NCBI GenBank assembly: GCA_041879355.1
Contig: CP089922.1
Location: 2,912,498-2,976,497 of the forward strand
Source of the DNA: Cyanobacteria bacterium LVE1205-1
Lineage (GTDB): Bacteria; Cyanobacteriota; Cyanobacteriia; CAIUCS01
Direction of reading: 5' to 3'
Length of the DNA: 64,000 nt
Below, in pieces: positions 21,405-31,383 of this stretch (the first letter of the stretch is position 1; every line of letters begins with the position of its first letter). The notes under the pieces are model-generated. The model saw only the letters and a program-made list of their open reading frames with translations. It did not search any database and was not told where the DNA came from. The position numbers were made by a program, and so were the translations under genes.

Positions 21405-21504
21405 AACATCAAAGGCGATCGCTTTCACCCTGATGTTGTGAGGGATGATTGCTTGTATTTAGCGGTAAATATCCTTTCAATACCCAATATCAAGAACAAT
21501 CACC

Positions 21505-21659
21505 CTGGTTGACTGACAAAAGTTGTACGCCCTCACCCCCAACCCCTCTCCTAGGGGGCGAGGGGAGCCGAGCCACCCCTCCGCTTCCCTCGCCCATCGG
21601 GCGAGGGCTAGGGTGAGGGCTTTCAGGGTTTTGGCTGAGAAGTTTTGTCAGTCAATCAG
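21505..21659. mobile_element. MITE family A, copy 1. 17-bp TIRs CTG(G/A)TTGACTGACAAAA; 9-bp TSD ACAATCACC at 21496-21504 and 21660-21668.
   Basis: The TIRs were read directly. The internal sequence is a long GC-rich palindrome (CCCTCACCCC...GGGTGAGGG). It is absent from the otherwise identical downstream region of paralog 2. Confidence 0.7.
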
Positions 21660-21901
21660 ACAATCACCTTTTTTGTTTCCATGCAATTAGTTTCTCCAGC
21701 GAGTGGGGTTAATTGACAATGGACAATAGATAACTATTCACTATTCACCAAAAAGGCGATCCCAGGGGGGAGGTTGCTTAAAGAGAGGAGTATTAAAGTA
21801 TTAAGGATGTTAGTTGGTGGTGGCGGTGATTCTTGTCCCATTGATTAACCAGCGAAATTCAGTAACATAAAAATAGACCAAATTAGAGGAAAAAATTATC
21901 T

Positions 21902-22573
21902 ATGGCAACTACATCCGAAGACGTATGGCGACTTTTAGCCGAATTAGCAACTGCTCAAGCTGAATTAACTGCTTCTCAAAAAGAAACTGACCTACTATTG
22001 AAGGAAGTCAGTCAACAACAGAAGGAAAACGAGCGACGACAACAGGAAAATGCCCAACAACAGAGGGAAAATGCCCAACAACAGAGGGAAAATGCCCAAC
22101 AACAGAGGGAAAATGCCCAACAACTCAAAGAATTAGGACGGCAAATTGGTGGACTTGGTGCCAAATTCGGCAGCTTTACCGAAGGACTTGCCCTTCCTTC
22201 AATGGAAACGATTCTCAGACAACGGTTGGGCATGGAAGTGATCAGTCCCAGTGTGCGAGTGAGTAAAGATGGAAAACACCTAGAAATTGATGTTCTTGCC
22301 TATACTAATGGTGAGCTAAATACTGTTTATGTCGTCGAGGTTAAAAGTCATGCTAGAGAGGAATCCATTACACAATTAATAAGTATTTTGCAACGGTTTC
22401 GTAGCTTTTTCCCTGAACACAAAGATAAAAAACTCTATGGCATATTAGCGGCGGTGGATTTATCCCCAGAATTACGGGAAAAAATTCTACAAGAAGGGTT
22501 TTATGTGGCTCGGATTCATGACCAGGTATTTGAATTAGATATTCCCGATACTTTTCAACCTCAAACTTATTAA
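21902..22573 (+). CDS. Paralog 2 of the coiled-coil / PD-(D/E)xK-like gene (tandem duplicate)
   Basis: 223 aa, near-identical to 20775-21404 including about 135 bp of upstream sequence. It differs by 2 extra 21-bp repeat units and a few substitutions (A->V, I->V, G->A next to the EVK motif; A->T at the C-terminus). Confidence 0.6.
   Translation: MATTSEDVWRLLAELATAQAELTASQKETDLLLKEVSQQQKENERRQQENAQQQRENAQQQRENAQQQRENAQQLKELGRQIGGLGAKFGSFTEGLALPSMETILRQRLGMEVISPSVRVSKDGKHLEIDVLAYTNGELNTVYVVEVKSHAREESITQLISILQRFRSFFPEHKDKKLYGILAAVDLSPELREKILQEGFYVARIHDQVFELDIPDTFQPQTY
22037..22120 (+). repeat. In-frame 21-bp tandem repeat, 4 units (1 imperfect + 3 perfect)
   Basis: GACAACAGGAAAATGCCCAA followed by 3x CAACAGAGGGAAAATGCCCAA. 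Confidence 0.8.
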
Positions 22574-22935
22574 AACATCAAAGGCGATCGCTTTTGGTCT
22601 GATGTTGTGAGGGATGATTGCTTGTATTTAGTAGTAAATATCTTTTCAATTAGTTTCCCCAGCGAGTGGGAACCAGATACTCCAGCAATCGGAACTGACG
22701 TTGAATATGAATGGACAACATTATCTCCGCCTTTCCAATCACTCCCAAAACCAATATAGTTTATACTATCAACCAATGAATACTGAATTTATTAAGAAAT
22801 TTAATATATACACGGACACTTTATAGTATTAACACGGTTTAATTTAAGGCTGATTGGGTTCAGGGGTTAAGTTTAACTTGATTAAAAAAGCGATTGCCCT
22901 AGGAGTCAACCATCAAAGCTGGGATTCTAAAACAG

Positions 22936-24086
22936 TTATTCCATCAACGCTTCTTTCAATGCCTCAATAATCCGAGTATTAGCTTTGGGAAAGGGGAAAT
23001 CGGTTAATTGCTCTAAGGTTACCCAGCGGATTTCATCACATTCTAGGGGTTGGGGCTCCCCACTCAAATATTGACAATGGTGGACATATAACGTAACCCA
23101 AAAGTGGCTATAGGTATGATCAATGGTTATCAGGGGATCCCCCACTGTCACCAGAATGCCTAATTCCTCTTGGATTTCCCGATGAATGCATTCCTCTACG
23201 GTTTCTCCGGGCTCAATTTTACCTCCAGGGAATTCCCATAAACCGCCTAACAACCCCCCTTGACGACGGCGATCGATTAAGATTTCACCATTCTGGTTTC
23301 GGATAACAGCAACCCCAATGAATTTATGGGGAAGAGTTTGTCTTACTTTGGCTGACGGTATTTCCATCGTTTTTCCTAGAATATGGGCTTGACAGTGGGA
23401 TTGCCATGGGCAACTGGAACAATTGGGATGTTTGGGCAGACAAACTATGGCTCCCAAATCCATTAAGGCTTGGTTGAAATCACGGGGTTGATCCTGAGAT
23501 AACAATTGGTCTGTCAATTTCCAGAGGTCAGGGATAGCTTGATTGACGGGAACAGGCAATGCGATGAGTCGTGCTAAAACTCGTTTGACATTAGTGTCTA
23601 AAATAGATACAGGTTGATTATAAGCACTACTCAAAATGCCTCCTGCTGTTGTTCGACCGATTCCCGGCAAGGTCAATAAGGATTGGAGGTTGGGGGGACT
23701 TCACCAGTATGGCATCGAACCATCTGCTGGGCAGCTTGATGAAGATTGCGGGCACGGGCATAATACCCTAACCCTTCCCATGCTTTTAATACCTGTTGTT
23801 GACTGGCATTGGCTAGACTGATGAGTGTAGGAAATTCAATCAACCAACGATGAAAATATGGAATTACTGTTTTTACCTGGGTTTGCTGTAACATGATCTC
23901 AGAAATCCATATTTTGTATGGATCTTGATTGTGCCGCCATGGCAGATCCCTCCCAAATAGGGTATACCACTGAAGCAATGATTGTTGCAAGTGGGGGATG
24001 GAAGTAGCGTTTAACTGCACTTTATTCATAACAGTTAATTCCTCCCCTGCGGATTCCCTCCCGAGAAATAGTTCCAGAGTTTTCAT
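22936..24086 (-). CDS. mutY: A/G-specific adenine DNA glycosylase MutY (HhH-GPD plus C-terminal NUDIX domain). Frameshifted in a G6 run at 23692-23697.
   Basis: N-terminal part (LLQWYTLFGRDLPWR...ISEIMLQQTQV). C-terminal part has the 4Cys FeS loop (CLPKHPNCSSCPWQSHC) and a NUDIX box (GLWEFPGGKIEPGETVEECIHREIQEELG). The start was chosen at MKTLELF, because the upstream 21 codons of the ORF lie inside a MITE. Confidence 0.8.
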
Positions 24087-24102
24087 AATATGAGTTGCTG
24101 AG

Positions 24103-24256
24103 CTGATTGACTGACAAAACTTCTCAGCCAAAACCCCGAAAGCCCTCACCCTAGCCCTCTCCCGATGGGAGAGGGAACCGGAGGGTGGATCGGCTCCCCT
24201 CGCCCCCTGGGAGAGGGGTTGGGGGTGAGAGCGTACAACTTTTGTCAGTCAACCAG
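24103..24256. mobile_element. MITE family A, copy 2 (inverted relative to copy 1). 9-bp TSD GTTGCTGAG at 24094-24102 and 24257-24265.
   Basis: TIRs CTGATTGACTGACAAAA / TTTTGTCAGTCAACCAG, with an internal GC-rich palindrome homologous to 21505-21659. Confidence 0.7.
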
Positions 24257-24365
24257 GTTGCTGAGTTTGGTGGTACCACTTCACAGCAAAAGTAGCATAC
24301 TATAATTTCAGGTATTCCTCTAATAAATATAAATACCGAAAACGGATGTTAATACGTTTATTTTT

Positions 24366-25915
24366 ATGAAAATAGGTGTGTGGATACTCGGGGATCAACT
24401 CTCCCTCTACGGGTCAGCGATCGCACCCCTACCCGTTGGCAGCCCTGTAATCCTCATTGAATCCCTAAACCATGGGCGATCGCGCCCTTACCATCAGCAA
24501 AAACTTATTTTAGTATGGTCTGCCATGCGTCATTTTGCTATGGAACTCAAGCAACGGGGTTATGACGTAACCTATACTGAAGCGGAAGATTTTTCTACGG
24601 CATTGTCAAACTGGATAACTTTCCAGCAGATTACCCTAGTACGGGTAATGACCCCAACAGATAAACCATTTCGGTCACTGATTCATTCACTTCAACTTTC
24701 CTGTCCCGTAGAACAAGTTGCCAACAATCAATTCCTTTGGAGTTCGGAAGCATTTCTCCAATGGGCAAAGTCACAAAAACGAGTATTAATGGAAAACTTT
24801 TACCGTGAGGGGAGGAAGCGTTTTCAGGTTTTGATGCAGCCCGATGGACAACCGATTGGAAATCAGTGGAATTTTGATAAAGAAAACCGTAAGCCTCCCC
24901 GAAAAGCAGATCCCAACTTCAATCCACCCCCACCCCTTTGGTTTCCTCCCGACTCCATCACCCAAACAGTGATTGAAAAAGTCCATACCCTTGACTTTTC
25001 CGTCTATGGTGACAGTCAACCATTTGGATGGGCTGTCACCCGTACCCAGGCTCTCGCTGTCTTGGAAAACTTTATAGAATACCGTCTCAAGACCTTTGGT
25101 CCCTATGAGGATGCCATGGTTACAGGAGAAGACAGTTTGTGGCATTCACTTCTATCCCCCTACCTTAATCTGGGTTTACTAACGCCGTGGGAAGTTATAC
25201 AGCGGGTTGAGTTGGAATATCATACACGGGAAACCATGGGCGAGCAAAGGATTGCCCTGAATAACATTGAAGGGATGATCAGACAGGTGATGGGTTGGCG
25301 AGAATACATGCGGGGTATTTACGAATGGAGTGACCCCACTTATCCCAATCAAAACTGGTTTAACCATCACCACCCCCTTCCCCCCTTCTTTTGGGATGCC
25401 ACTCAAACTGACATGAATTGTCTACATCAATGCCTTCAACAAACAGAGCGACTGGGGTATGCCCATCATATTCAACGGCTTATGGTATTAAGCAATTTTG
25501 CCCTCATTGCAGGAATTCAACCTCAGGCAATTGAACAATGGTTTCATAGTGCTTATGTAGATGCCTATGATTGGGTGATGCAAACAAATGTTATTGGCAT
25601 GGGACAGTATGCCGATGGGGGGTTCTCGCCTCCAAACCCTATGCCGCTTCTGCCAATTACATCAACAAAATGAGTGATTATTGTAAAGCCTGTCCCTATG
25701 ATCCCAAGTCCCGTATTGGGGAAACTGCCTGTCCCTTTAATTTCTTTTACTGGGATTTTCTCCATCGTCATCGCCAAAAACTCAGTCATCAAGGGCGGAT
25801 GGGTTTCATACTCAAAAATCTGGATCAAATGGATGAGGCAGAACTCAATGGAATTCGTCAGCAGGCTATTCGCTGGCATCAAAGGTACAATAGTCATCCA
25901 TCCACCATGGCATAA
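24366..25915 (+). CDS. FeS-BCP family cryptochrome/photolyase (PhrB-like (6-4) photolyase type). Frameshifted in a G6 run at 25617-25622.
   Basis: N-terminal photolyase-related domain. The C-terminal part has the conserved Cys cluster (DYCKACPYDPKSRIGETACPFN) that binds [4Fe-4S] in this family. Confidence 0.7.
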
Positions 25916-25957
25916 TCCATTCACTCTTTTTAGCCCTTCATTAAACTATCCTCCACC

Positions 25958-27418
25958 ATGTCTCGGACACTCCTTTGGTATCGTACCGATCTTCGCATCC
26001 ATGATCATGAAGCACTCCACCGGGCACTCCTGTCCCATTCCCTACCCATTCCCTATTATTGCGTTGACCCCCGTCATTTTGGTTCTACTTCGTTTGGGTT
26101 TCCTAAGACAGGATCCTTTCGAGCCCAATTTTTGTTAGAAAGTATTACTGATCTCCGCCATTCCCTACGCCAACGGGGCAGTGATTTAATTGTGGAATCA
26201 GGCTTGCCGGAGGTAATGATTCCCAAAATTGTCCAAGAATTGCATATTGAAACCATCACTTGGTCTGTGGCAACTACAGCCGAGGAATTAGCGGTGGAAA
26301 ATGCAGTAAAACAAGCCCTGCTCCCCTTTCATAGGAAAATCCAAACCTATTGGGATACTACTCTTCTCCATCCTGAGGATTTATCATTTACGTTGGATAG
26401 CACGCCTGAATTATTTACCCATTTTCGTAAGCGAATTCAACGGGATGGCATGGTTCGTCCGTGCTGGCCAACACCTTCTCAACTTCCATCTTTGGTTGAC
26501 AGGATTGGGGGAGAATTACCAACTCTAGAGGATTGGGGTTTGCCAATCCCTCAACCCGATTCCCGTCGGGTTCTACCCTTTTGCGGTGGAGAAACGACAG
26601 GTTTACAGCGGTTGAATGACTATATTTGGCGGGGCGATCGCCTGCGTTCCTACAAAGAAACGCGAAATAATATGTTAAATCCTGACGACTCAACCAAGTT
26701 TTCCCCTTGGCTCTCCTACGGATGTCTCTCACCCCGTTACATAGCCGCTGAAGTTACCACCTATGAACAAGAGCGTGTCAAAAATGACTCAACCTACTGG
26801 CTAATCTTTGAGTTATGGTGGCGGGATTATTTTCGGTTTATGAGTGTTAAACATGGCAATAACCTATTCAAACTAGGAGGATTACAACAACTTAGGCTGT
26901 CCTGGAAACAGGATTGGCAACGATTTGAACAGTGGTGTCAGGGATATACAGGGTTTCCATTAGTTGATGCCGCCATGCGTGAACTACGGGGCACTGGATG
27001 GATATCTAACCGCGGGCGACAAAATGTAGCTAGTTTCCTCACTAAAAATTTAGGAATTGATTGGCGTATGGGGGCAGAGTGGTTTGAATCTTTACTCATA
27101 GATTACGATGTGTGTAGTAATTGGGGTAACTGGAACTACACAGCAGGGGTAGGGAATGATGGACGGGGATTCCGTTGGTTTAATATTACAAAACAATCAA
27201 AAGACTACGACCCCCAAGGGGATTACCTGAGATACTGGCTGCCGGAATTAGCATCGTTGCCTGCTGCCTATATTCATGAACCATCAAAGTTAACCCAAGA
27301 GCAACAACTTCGGTATGGTATGCGGATGGGACTCCATTACCCCAAACCAATTGTGGATTTATTTGCTTCTGCTAAGGCGAACGAACGCCATTATGAATCA
27401 ACTGGGGCAATTCATTAA
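25958..27418 (+). CDS. Cryptochrome DASH / DNA photolyase family protein
   Basis: 486 aa with the N-terminal LLWYRTDLRIHDHEAL motif and the FAD-binding domain (TGFPLVDAAMRELRGTGWISNRGRQNVASFL...NWGNWNYTAGVGNDGR). Confidence 0.8.
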   Translation: MSRTLLWYRTDLRIHDHEALHRALLSHSLPIPYYCVDPRHFGSTSFGFPKTGSFRAQFLLESITDLRHSLRQRGSDLIVESGLPEVMIPKIVQELHIETITWSVATTAEELAVENAVKQALLPFHRKIQTYWDTTLLHPEDLSFTLDSTPELFTHFRKRIQRDGMVRPCWPTPSQLPSLVDRIGGELPTLEDWGLPIPQPDSRRVLPFCGGETTGLQRLNDYIWRGDRLRSYKETRNNMLNPDDSTKFSPWLSYGCLSPRYIAAEVTTYEQERVKNDSTYWLIFELWWRDYFRFMSVKHGNNLFKLGGLQQLRLSWKQDWQRFEQWCQGYTGFPLVDAAMRELRGTGWISNRGRQNVASFLTKNLGIDWRMGAEWFESLLIDYDVCSNWGNWNYTAGVGNDGRGFRWFNITKQSKDYDPQGDYLRYWLPELASLPAAYIHEPSKLTQEQQLRYGMRMGLHYPKPIVDLFASAKANERHYESTGAIH

Positions 27419-27818
27419 CCGGTTGGACGGTAATCATAAGGTTTCATTTGATTAAATACTTCAGAGACTTTTAAGTTGAGTTGGCTAAATTCAAATGATG
27501 GGGTATTAGAACAGCAGTTGAATTTACGCCGCAAAGTATTAGTTGACACTCCCGCGCTTAAAACCCGAGGGATTCTAGAGGTTGTCTCGGAGGCTAAAGC
27601 CGTCCACCGAGACGATTTCTAGTTACTCAGTCCGCTATTGCTAAGGATCCGAGAAAATCGAGATTTCGCGGAGTGTCATGCACCACATCTCTCAGAAGAA
27701 GCAAACCCATTACAGGAGAACCCTTCTAAAGAACTGAGAGACAGTCGTTGGTTTTCACCCTCCGGCTGAAGCACGGAGGCTCTCAACTTGGACTAGGTAG
27801 CTGCGGAGAAGTTGGTCG

Positions 27819-29540
27819 TCAATAGGGAACAGCAGATGTACGATGGTGAACAGCGGTCATTTCCTTCGCATCCAGTACCTTACCATGGTTGACGATCGCA
27901 TAAATCAACCAATGGTCGCCACATTGCATTCTGCTGTGAACAGTACATTCCATATAGGATAAAACCTGATCCAAGATTGGACATCCGTTCAGGGCTGTTT
28001 GGGTGGAAACTCCACTCCATAAACCTTCTCCCGGAGTGATGGGTTTAGTAAAATGTCTACGTACATCCCTACCTTCAGCAAGTACATTTAATACCAATGG
28101 GTCTCCCTCCTCCAAAAAAGCATTGATAGCCCGTTCATGGGAAATAGCGATAGTAATCCCTGGTGGGTTAAAGGTAGCCTGAGACACCCATGATGTAAGT
28201 AATGCACTGGCTTCATCTCCACGCTTCGCAGTGACCACACAAAGGGAGCCAATAATCCGTCCAACTGCTTGTTCCGTTCGATCAGACTGAACTTCCGTCA
28301 ATGTCTGACGAGGAGCCTGACTTTTTTTGGCTTTTCTCAATGATTGGGCAAATTCAACCCCTGCTTCCCGACATTGTTCTAACACTAAAGGAGTGGGGGT
28401 AAATTTAATCCGCAAGGTGGTGAACCCCAGGCGATACCCGGCATCCTGCAACCGACCTTCGATTAAATCAATTGCTTCTCCACTCCATCCATATGAACCA
28501 AAAACCCCAGCCAGTTTACTCTTGACAGCACTGGACAAAACTAATCCCAATGCGGTTTGGATTTGAACTGGAGCGTGTCCTGCCAGGGTAGGAGAACCAA
28601 TGATAAAGCCGTCACACCGTTCAATGGTTTCGGTAATGTCAGTGGAATCAGCGAACTCACAATTAATAGACTCTACCTGAACCCCGCTTTCAGTAATCCC
28701 TTGGGCGATCGCGTGAGCCATTTTTGTGGTATTGCCATAGGCAGAAGTATACAATAAGGCGACCCTGACTTCTTGATTTTTTTGTTCCTGACACCAGGTT
28801 CGATAATCATAATTTAAGCGACTCAGACTATAGCGCACCATTGGTCCATGGCTGGGAGCATGGATCTTGGTGGAAAAATCAGCTAGTTTGGTAATTGCAG
28901 CTTCCACTTGTTTGGTTTGGGCTGCATGGAGACAATCAAAGTAAAACCGGCGATCGTCGTCAAGATCCCGCCAGTTTTCATCCAGTATGGGTTGGTCACA
29001 AACATGAACACCAAATAATTTATCCGTGAAAAGGATGCGATTGACTGGATCATAGGTAGCCATGGCATCAGGCCAACGGGGGGTGGGGATGGGGATGAAC
29101 TGTAACTGATGCCCCTCTCCCAAATCAATGGTTTCTTCTCCTCGGACAACCCGAATGTTTAATTCACGATTGCCAATGGTTCCTCTTAGGATTAATTCTG
29201 CGGCACGGGTGCAGACAATTATGGACTGGGGTGCTAATGCAATTAATGAACGTAACGTGAAGCACCGATTAGAATTGACATGACCCAGGATAATGTAATT
29301 CAGTTTTTGTAAATATAAATGTTGTGAAAGCTCTTGCAGAAAAATTTCTGTAAAAGACTCCCCAGGCGGGTCAATCAGGGCAGATTGATTTGCTTGGATT
29401 AAATAGGAATTAGCTGTAGTCCCCCGCTGACGGGAATATTCTTTTTCGAACCGTAGTCGGTTCCAAGAACGCGATCGCAAAACTTGAATTTGAGTACCAA
29501 TTTCACCAAACTGAACATCACGAATTCTTTGGTCTGTCAT
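27819..29540 (-). CDS. Flavodiiron protein (Flv: metallo-beta-lactamase-like + flavodoxin + flavin reductase domains)
   Basis: 573 aa, the three-domain architecture typical of cyanobacterial Flv proteins. The flavodoxin-like region is ...LLYTSAYGNTTKMA.... Confidence 0.8.
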   Translation of the reverse strand: MTDQRIRDVQFGEIGTQIQVLRSRSWNRLRFEKEYSRQRGTTANSYLIQANQSALIDPPGESFTEIFLQELSQHLYLQKLNYIILGHVNSNRCFTLRSLIALAPQSIIVCTRAAELILRGTIGNRELNIRVVRGEETIDLGEGHQLQFIPIPTPRWPDAMATYDPVNRILFTDKLFGVHVCDQPILDENWRDLDDDRRFYFDCLHAAQTKQVEAAITKLADFSTKIHAPSHGPMVRYSLSRLNYDYRTWCQEQKNQEVRVALLYTSAYGNTTKMAHAIAQGITESGVQVESINCEFADSTDITETIERCDGFIIGSPTLAGHAPVQIQTALGLVLSSAVKSKLAGVFGSYGWSGEAIDLIEGRLQDAGYRLGFTTLRIKFTPTPLVLEQCREAGVEFAQSLRKAKKSQAPRQTLTEVQSDRTEQAVGRIIGSLCVVTAKRGDEASALLTSWVSQATFNPPGITIAISHERAINAFLEEGDPLVLNVLAEGRDVRRHFTKPITPGEGLWSGVSTQTALNGCPILDQVLSYMECTVHSRMQCGDHWLIYAIVNHGKVLDAKEMTAVHHRTSAVPY

Positions 29541-29902
29541 AGGTTATAGAAAGGGAGTTATAAAAAAGGAAGTTTATTTTTCTAACCGTACCGCATACCA
29601 TTGGAGAAAATCACCGGGAACAATATTCAATTCACAGGAGGTGTTAATTAAGTATTGTACTTGCTCTTCTACAGTTTAAAACGCTGTAAGTCTTGAGGAA
29701 TTTGGGTTAGATTGGCAGCAGTCAAGACCCCCTCAGTTTATCCCACAATTCAGGCAGGGTTAAGATTTGCTCAGATTCTCCCGATTGTAAGACCAGAAAA
29801 TGGTCTTCGTTATACATTAGTGGATGGGGCATGGGGGTTAAGATAATTCGACTGAATTATTACTAGGATATGTGAGGATATAAAAGACCTTCATAAACGA
29901 GA

Positions 29903-29936
29903 GTATCCCAATTTTGTGCAAAATTGGGATGTAGCC
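29903..29936. repeat. MITE family B minimal copy: two abutting TIRs (GAGTATCCCAATTTTGTG / GCAAAATTGGGATGTAGC) forming a palindrome
   Basis: The perfect inverted repeat CCCAATTTT-GTGC-AAAATTGGG matches the termini of the 12166, 56021 and 60148 elements. Confidence 0.45.
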
Positions 29937-30067
29937 TCATGAACCTTCTCTGGATAGAGAAGCACTTAAAAAAGGTTGGCTCCGTCTTCTTTAACGGGGA
30001 AGTAACCCTGACTTGTGTGGAGGGTACAGCAGTAGACTATCCCAGTAACCCAGTGAGTAACGAAAAA

Positions 30068-31371
30068 ATGCAGCTTGTTTCCAGACGTAAATTCATTCTA
30101 ACTGCTGGTGCCACCTCAGTCTCTTCCTTTTTGTTCCATGGGTGTGGAACAAAAAGCCCAATAAGCACCCCTAGCCCATCTCTGGTAAAGGCAACGGGTA
30201 ACTCTCCTGAAATCAATACTGCCACCCTTGGCTTTATTGCCTCCCTAGACTGTGCCCCCCTAGTAATCGCCTTCGAGAAAGGGTTTTTTGCGAAACATGG
30301 CATGACCAATGTGAAATTACAACAACAGGATTCCTGGTCTATTATTCGAGATGATTTGGAACTGGGGGAGAAAAGGGGGGAGTGGATGGAGCCCATGTCC
30401 CTACCCCTATTCCCTATTTACTATCTGCTGGCAAAATCTCTAAAGGGAAAGCACCGGTTCCCATGGGCATCCTAGCCAGGTTAAATACTAACGGACCGGG
30501 AATATGCTTGGCAAAGGACTATCAAACTCTGAGTTCCGGGCTCAATGCCCAACTGTTACAGCCTAGAATAATGGAAATGAGAGGGACAGGTAAAGAATTC
30601 AGGTGTGCAGTGACATCTTTGGGAGGCACTCACGATTTATGGTTACGGTACTGGCTGGCAGCAAATGGAATCAATCCTATCAGTGATGTTAGTATCATGG
30701 TTCTCCCATCCCAGCAAATTATCACTGCTATGAAAGATAAAACCGTGGATGTCTGTTGTGTCGATGAACCTTTTCTAACTCAACTCATGAGTCAGGGCGT
30801 AGGGTCAACCCTTGCCACAACTGGCGAACTATGGAAGAACCATCCTGAAAAAGCATTTACTATGCGTGCTGATTGGATCAATCGGTATCCCAAGGCAACC
30901 CAATCCCTGTTGATAGCGGTAATGGAGGCGCAGATGTGGTGTGATAAACCAGAGAATCATCTGGAACTAGAAAAAATAATCACCAGTGCACCCTACAGAG
31001 TTACATCAGGGGAGGGAATTCTCCATCAGTTGCAAGGTCAATTTAATTTTGCCAATAACCGTTCCTTCAAAAATGAAGAACTACGGATAAAATTTTGGGA
31101 TGGTTTCTCTTCCTTCCCCTTCAAGAGCCATGATTCCTGGTTTATTGCTGAAAATATCCGCTGGGGAAACTTGGTCGAGGCAAATCTGAAATTCATTGAT
31201 CAAGTGAATCGGTCTGATGTGTGGATTGAAGCCGCCAAGGCTCTTGGGGAAGAAGGACTGATTCCACCCGATACCCTATCTCGTGGAGTGGAGACTTTTT
31301 TTGATGGGCTTAATTTTGATCCTACTAACCCATCTGATTACTTGAACCAATTGACCATCAAAAAAGTATGA
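30068..31371 (+). CDS. NrtA/CmpA-family periplasmic substrate-binding protein (nitrate/cyanate/bicarbonate ABC transporter type), with a Tat-like signal. Frameshifted near the G-runs at 30364-30380.
   Basis: RRKFILTAGA twin-arginine motif. LGFIASLDCAPLVIAFEKGFFAKHG then (after frame correction) DGAHVPTPIPYLLSAGKISKGKAPVPMGILARLNTNG, as in NrtA. No nrtBCD genes are adjacent. Confidence 0.7.
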
Positions 31372-31383
31372 ATTTCTAGGGTG

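Noticed and set aside
22012-22233. 73-aa minus-strand ORF (CWAFSLCCWAFS...)
   Set aside because: It is the antisense reading of the 21-bp tandem repeat inside paralog 2.
24087-24149. N-terminal 21 codons (MRAFGVLAEKFCQSISSATHI) of ORF 23673-24149
   Set aside because: Encoded by MITE family A copy 2. The true mutY start is taken as MKTLELF at 24086.
29924-30067. Upstream extension of the NrtA-like ORF (start 29924)
   Set aside because: It begins inside the MITE family B palindrome. The Tat-signal-containing start MQLVSRRKFIL at 30068 is the plausible start.
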